In this document: positions 59,354 through 64,000 of the stretch, piece after piece
How positions within the stretch are numbered: the first letter of the stretch is position 1
Layout: every line of letters starts with the position of its first letter
DNA from: a virus
IMG/VR virus record: IMGVR_UViG_3300045999_007505
Reading direction: 5' to 3' (one strand)
Length of the DNA stretch: 64,000 nucleotides
Notes under the pieces: model-generated
The model's input: only the letters and a program-made list of their open reading frames with translations
Told to the model about the DNA's origin: nothing
Database searches by the model: none
Made by a program: the position numbers and the translations under genes

Positions 59354-60697
59354 TCAATCCTGCGGTTTTTTTGTTACTTTAGTATTTAGTTGACTACCTA
59401 ATACAAATAATTTATTTTGGTGAAAATTTGCAATTGCTGGTGATAATCGATCATTGCGACATTTTAAAATGGGTGCTAATTCATCAGCAGCTTCTAAAAA
59501 CAATGTTTCGTTTGATTTGATTATCATGCCCCACCAATTTACCGATGTAATTTTTTCAACAACCATTTTATCTACAATATTGCAAAATGCATGAATCATG
59601 GTATCTAAATTATCATCCAATTGATAAAATGATTGTAGTTTTTTGCTTATATTTTGTAACATTGGAATATCTGATTCGTCGCCTAATTTAATAATTCGTC
59701 GAATATCTGTTTCAGTTTTTTCTGTATCTAAAAAATCTAAAACCGAATTAATTTGTTCTCGACCTTTTGATTTGCTAATATCCTGGCCAGTTAATAGTTT
59801 TGCCATTTCTAAAAAACTATTCAACAATTGTACGCCTTCTGAAGATAACGATCCAAAATCAAAAGTAATCTTTTCATAGTTTTTCAATGAAACTGTTTGA
59901 TTGCCAACTTCGATATCTGCTTCAATGCCAGATTCGCCAGCAACTGCTCCTTTAACTAAGCCACCATATGAAATTGCAAACCATAATTCTGATTCATCGC
60001 CATTTGGAATTTTAATCGTATTTTTGATTATATTATATAATGTACTATAAACTCCTCGAATGGGTACAACTCCTGTTGCTAATCGCATTTTTACTGGGCC
60101 GGTAATTAAATCAATTAATTGATCAGTTTCATCACTACTCATAACAGCATCATACATAGCAGGCAATCCGATTATTTGCTGGCCTTCTACGCTAAACTTT
60201 GTTTTAATATATTGTTCAAATGACGCAGCATCATTAAATAAATCCGATGTATTTAGTGTTTTACTAATATTGATTCCATTAATTACATACGTTTTTTCTA
60301 ATTGAAAAGACAAATTAAATTTATATACATTGTATTTAGATTTTAAATTTAATTGTTGCAAAAATTGATTAGTTGTTATTGAAACAGATTGAATTTCATT
60401 TTGTGCAGCATCGTTAATATCAAAATCATGATCATCAAATGGTTGTTCTGAATAAATTGTAATTGAATTAGAGGTTTCAATTCGAAACACTCTATTACTA
60501 TACATTGATTTAATATCAATCAATTCAGTTGCTTCCGTAATACCTTGTGCTCGATTGACAACGTGTTGCGCTTCAAGCGGCGAAAGATCCGTCATTTCTA
60601 AAATGATATCGTATAACATCTTGTAATCTCGAGATTGAGTTGGATATCCTTTTGGTAATCTGTAACTCCATTCTGTTAATATTGAATCTATAGTCAT
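59354..60697 (-). CDS. hypothetical protein (MTIDSILTEW leader)
   Basis: 447-aa ORF, ATGA-coupled to the family A polymerase. Confidence 0.75.
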   Translation of the reverse strand: MTIDSILTEWSYRLPKGYPTQSRDYKMLYDIILEMTDLSPLEAQHVVNRAQGITEATELIDIKSMYSNRVFRIETSNSITIYSEQPFDDHDFDINDAAQNEIQSVSITTNQFLQQLNLKSKYNVYKFNLSFQLEKTYVINGINISKTLNTSDLFNDAASFEQYIKTKFSVEGQQIIGLPAMYDAVMSSDETDQLIDLITGPVKMRLATGVVPIRGVYSTLYNIIKNTIKIPNGDESELWFAISYGGLVKGAVAGESGIEADIEVGNQTVSLKNYEKITFDFGSLSSEGVQLLNSFLEMAKLLTGQDISKSKGREQINSVLDFLDTEKTETDIRRIIKLGDESDIPMLQNISKKLQSFYQLDDNLDTMIHAFCNIVDKMVVEKITSVNWWGMIIKSNETLFLEAADELAPILKCRNDRLSPAIANFHQNKLFVLGSQLNTKVTKKPQD

Positions 60698-62016
60698 AAT
60701 GAGATAGTTTTCATTTTATCATAAATATCGCCGACTTTACATTTTACCGGCAAATTTCCTTGTTCTAACACGTTCTTGATAGCAGGAAGCAAGTCTCGTG
60801 CTTCTTTATAATTCATATCAAATAGCACAGAGTCATATGTATACAACACTATGCAACTTTCGTAATCTCGTAGCAAGTCTTGTACTTGTTGCAATTTGCG
60901 TACGGATACTTCGGTTTCAATGGCCTGTAAATAGTAGTTAAACAATTTAAATGCTGTCATGTTTTGCACTGCATCTTTGCATATACTACGTTTTGTGATC
61001 GGCGTATAAATACATCCTGCACGTTTCCATTTATCCCATAATGTGTACACAAAATCATTTACTTTGCGAAAAAATGGTATTGACAAAAACTCAGAATCAA
61101 TTCCTCCGTAAAGTAACCGAAACGTTATGGCTTTGCTTTCTGCACGTTGTTCTTCTGTTAATGCATCTGTATCAAAATAGAATCTACCCAAATAATCATG
61201 TATAGAAGATGCCGGCAATTCATATCCAATAGCCGTTGCAATCAATCTAACATGATATGAATCAAAATCCATTTCAACCAACGCTCCTTGTTCAAAGCGA
61301 CTACAAAATGCTGCTCTGGTACCATCTTCTTTGTTCATTGCTGCAAAATTGAAACCACCAAATGCATTACTAGGTCGACCCGTTACTGTATGATAATTAT
61401 ATTGTGAATATACTCGTTCGCGGTGAATCAATTCTGGCATACGAAACTCATCAGTAACTGCCAAGCCCGCTGATTCAATTTCTGCAAATACTTGCGGATA
61501 GGTTGCATTGAACTGCAAATACGATTCCGTTAATTCTGCATTAACACACATTGGCCAAGCATAGTGTCGAATTTTTTGGCACATTGCTAAATGTTGTTGC
61601 AATGGCACGATGCTATTAACTGCAGGTAAGTTTGTGTGTCGACGCCAATAGAAACGATGTGCTGCAGTTGGATAATGCGATTCATCATATGCTTCTGAAT
61701 ATGTATACCACCACAATGTCTTAACATCCCATACGGCAGCATTTCCTCCCGTTTGTAGCCATTGCTTCTTGTCATGAACAAAGATATTCTCTAATGCCAA
61801 AAACTCCGGGACAAGCTCAGTAAAGCCCCTTAGTTGTTCAGAATGACGAAATGGAATTATGCGTTCTACATCATCTTCCGTATAAATGTATATAGCACAT
61901 AGCGTATTTACTGCAACATGTTGTGTGGGACTACAGAATATGGGAACTAATAAAGTTTTGCGACCCCGAACATAGTTCAAAGTACCACGAGCATCTTCTA
62001 TAGTATCCACAATCAT
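60694..62016 (-). CDS. compact family A DNA polymerase-like protein
   Basis: TVTGRPSN, motif A EMDFDSYHVRL, motif B RAESKAITFRLLYG, NYYLQ, motif C LYTYDS. Confidence 0.85.
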   Translation of the reverse strand: MIVDTIEDARGTLNYVRGRKTLLVPIFCSPTQHVAVNTLCAIYIYTEDDVERIIPFRHSEQLRGFTELVPEFLALENIFVHDKKQWLQTGGNAAVWDVKTLWWYTYSEAYDESHYPTAAHRFYWRRHTNLPAVNSIVPLQQHLAMCQKIRHYAWPMCVNAELTESYLQFNATYPQVFAEIESAGLAVTDEFRMPELIHRERVYSQYNYHTVTGRPSNAFGGFNFAAMNKEDGTRAAFCSRFEQGALVEMDFDSYHVRLIATAIGYELPASSIHDYLGRFYFDTDALTEEQRAESKAITFRLLYGGIDSEFLSIPFFRKVNDFVYTLWDKWKRAGCIYTPITKRSICKDAVQNMTAFKLFNYYLQAIETEVSVRKLQQVQDLLRDYESCIVLYTYDSVLFDMNYKEARDLLPAIKNVLEQGNLPVKCKVGDIYDKMKTISL

Positions 62017-62022
62017 ATATGA

Positions 62023-62051
62023 ATAATAAGAAAAAAATGTTAAGAATCCAA
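62023..62051 (-). promoter_or_regulatory. sigma70-like promoter TTGGAT-N17-TATTAT
   Basis: Recurrent boxes and spacer upstream of the family A polymerase. Confidence 0.65.
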
Positions 62052-62666
62052 GCCGTTGATGTCTACTGGTACAACATATTCAGTATCTACATATAATTCT
62101 GCAGGATTTGACAATTTTAATGATATATTAGGTATAACATTACTAGCATTTTGTATTTGCTGTAAATTTTTTGTTATAACCCCTAACGTTTTAACATTGC
62201 CATTATCGATATCGTTTAATGTTCCAGAAACAAACCATTTAACGGCGACAAACCGATACAAAATTGCTTCAAATCCATCTGTTACTAATTGATTATATAA
62301 TGTTTGATTGATTTCTATTATCCAAGATTCATTGATTTTTTGCACAAAATATCGATTGATATAACCTATTTTTAAATCGGCAGGCGTTACAATTGGAATA
62401 TGAGATGCAATTCGTATATTGGATAATATTTTTATATCAGGACGAAGTTGTGAATATGCAAATGCATCTTCTTCGATTGGCTGAAATGGTATTAATGCTT
62501 TTGATAACACAGAATTATATGTCGATTGCGTATATACTTCTCCAGTTAAATATTTATGATATGCTCCTTTATATTCTTGTTTAGAATCAGTTAGCATCCA
62601 TTCGTTACCAAAGGTATACAAATATTCTTCAACTTCATCTGGCTGATAATATACTTTAAGTCGCAT
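62040..62666 (-). CDS. hypothetical protein (possibly baseplate-associated)
   Basis: 208 aa; EYKGAYH...GEVYT, GYINRYFVQK; coupled to the upstream structural gene. Confidence 0.65.
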   Translation of the reverse strand: MRLKVYYQPDEVEEYLYTFGNEWMLTDSKQEYKGAYHKYLTGEVYTQSTYNSVLSKALIPFQPIEEDAFAYSQLRPDIKILSNIRIASHIPIVTPADLKIGYINRYFVQKINESWIIEINQTLYNQLVTDGFEAILYRFVAVKWFVSGTLNDIDNGNVKTLGVITKNLQQIQNASNVIPNISLKLSNPAELYVDTEYVVPVDINGLDS

Positions 62667-64000
62667 TACTTATCCAATTTAGGTCGCATGATGCATTTAA
62701 TTTCCGTTTTCCATTGTCCGTCTTGAGCTACATTATGCGTAATATTTATAATACTAAATACCGTATTAGCAGTATATTTTTTTGGCAATACATCAAATGT
62801 TAATACATCGCCATATCGAAATCCATTAATGCCCTCAATGGTAAAAGAGACATCCCATGGGAATATAGGTGCAATTGCTGATTGTGCTCGATCAAACTTT
62901 TTATACGGATATTGAAGATATTTTACCATAGCTTCTTTTAATTTAGCTTGCAACGTTCTATCAGTAATGCTTTTTCCGTATTCCTCTTTTTGTTTTTCAA
63001 ATTCTTGTAAACGTTTTGTATGAGTTTGTGCATATAATGCTTCTGCTGCAGATAATTTTGCTGGATCATTAAATTGATACATTGCGTTCATATATGGTGC
63101 AATATCATCTTCTGATACTTTATCAGGAGCTTGATTTAAAACATATGATAATGTTGCTGCACTATCTGGTAATTTTGCTGACATTTTAAAATCTTGTACA
63201 ATACTACCATATGATTCTTCTTCATTTACTTTTATTTTAGCATGCATCGGAACATGATACGGTTTAACTACTGATAATGATTCTGGTTGTCCTAGGTATT
63301 TTTCATCATAGAACAATAATACCGAATCGAGCCGTGGATGCGATATTAATTTCATTTTTATAGCGCCAGCAGTGGCATCTTCAATACTTGTACTAATTTC
63401 TTTTAGTAAATCAGATATTGGATAACTTTTACTTGAGTTTTTTTCCAAGTTTTCAATAATTGTTTTAATCATTGACAAATTTAAAAATATGCGAGGTGGA
63501 AATGCTCTATCACTGCTTAAAAATCCAGGCCAATCACCAAAATTAGTAGATTCAAAAAATACTTTTGTTCCATATGCTTCAGTAGACCGTTTACGTCCGT
63601 TTGATGGTAACAATAAAACATCCCATGGATTAACGGATACTATATTTGCATAATATGAGCTATTGCAAATTTCACTATCACAAACAATTTCTGGTACTGC
63701 AACTGTGTTTTTTAATTTAGATACAACGTAACGATTAATAAATTTAATTAAACGATTCAATGTTATATATCTTTGATAAGTTTTTTGGTCATTTTTTGAT
63801 TCGACTCCGGTAGTTGCAAACGCATTACCAAATAAAATCCAATCATCCTTTTCTCCAGTAAGTACCGTAACATCGGAAGTTAATCTAGATTTGCTTTTAG
63901 CTAATGTTTCTGCTTCACTAAACAATAAATCATAAAATGATTTGATTCCCGAACCTGTTGGAATTAAAACGGAGTTTGCATAGTCATCTGGATTAGTAAT
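62666..64000 (-). CDS. putative baseplate hub/tail protein, 5'-truncated by the window edge
   Basis: Frame stays open from 63925 to 64000 (checked by hand); C-terminal SFTIEGINGFRYGD...ITHNV...WKTEI resembles hub beta-barrel ends. Confidence 0.6.
   Translation of the reverse strand: MTNPDDYANSVLIPTGSGIKSFYDLLFSEAETLAKSKSRLTSDVTVLTGEKDDWILFGNAFATTGVESKNDQKTYQRYITLNRLIKFINRYVVSKLKNTVAVPEIVCDSEICNSSYYANIVSVNPWDVLLLPSNGRKRSTEAYGTKVFFESTNFGDWPGFLSSDRAFPPRIFLNLSMIKTIIENLEKNSSKSYPISDLLKEISTSIEDATAGAIKMKLISHPRLDSVLLFYDEKYLGQPESLSVVKPYHVPMHAKIKVNEEESYGSIVQDFKMSAKLPDSAATLSYVLNQAPDKVSEDDIAPYMNAMYQFNDPAKLSAAEALYAQTHTKRLQEFEKQKEEYGKSITDRTLQAKLKEAMVKYLQYPYKKFDRAQSAIAPIFPWDVSFTIEGINGFRYGDVLTFDVLPKKYTANTVFSIINITHNVAQDGQWKTEIKCIMRPKLDK

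Overview
This window is a 64-kb segment of a large, AT-rich, T4-like (jumbo-type) dsDNA phage. The GroEL and ClpS sequences suggest a Bacteroidota host (inference). All credible genes lie on the minus strand, densely packed and often translationally coupled. In transcription order (right to left) it holds: (1) a partial baseplate/tail gene and a compact family-A DNA polymerase; (2) a T4-like replisome (SSB, RecA/UvsX, 5'-3' exonuclease, helicase, family-B polymerase, clamp, clamp loader) with NrdJ, thioredoxin, GroES, HPRT and dUTPase; (3) a 7-deazaguanine pathway in two parts, folE-queD-queE and an operon of unknown protein, cytidylyltransferase, DpdL-like T-fold protein, glycosyltransferase and DpdA/TGT-like transglycosylase; (4) a 14-gene glycan-synthesis island; (5) a lysis cassette translationally coupled to a phage-encoded two-component system (two paralogous histidine kinases, a secreted protein, a stand-alone receiver, two membrane proteins); (6) a block of putative virion proteins sharing an N-terminal MIxLxxLLxE-type leader; (7) proteostasis genes (ClpS, MoxR AAA+, VWA, GroEL). 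Two promoter classes can be read from the intergenic DNA: TTGGAW/TTTGAW-N17-TATWWT and a putative late motif ATATTTATW. I saw no rRNA, tRNA, CRISPR array or IS element. The best candidates for undescribed systems are the lysis-coupled two-component module and the extended deazaguanine hypermodification operon. All calls come from reading motifs by eye; no database searches were run.
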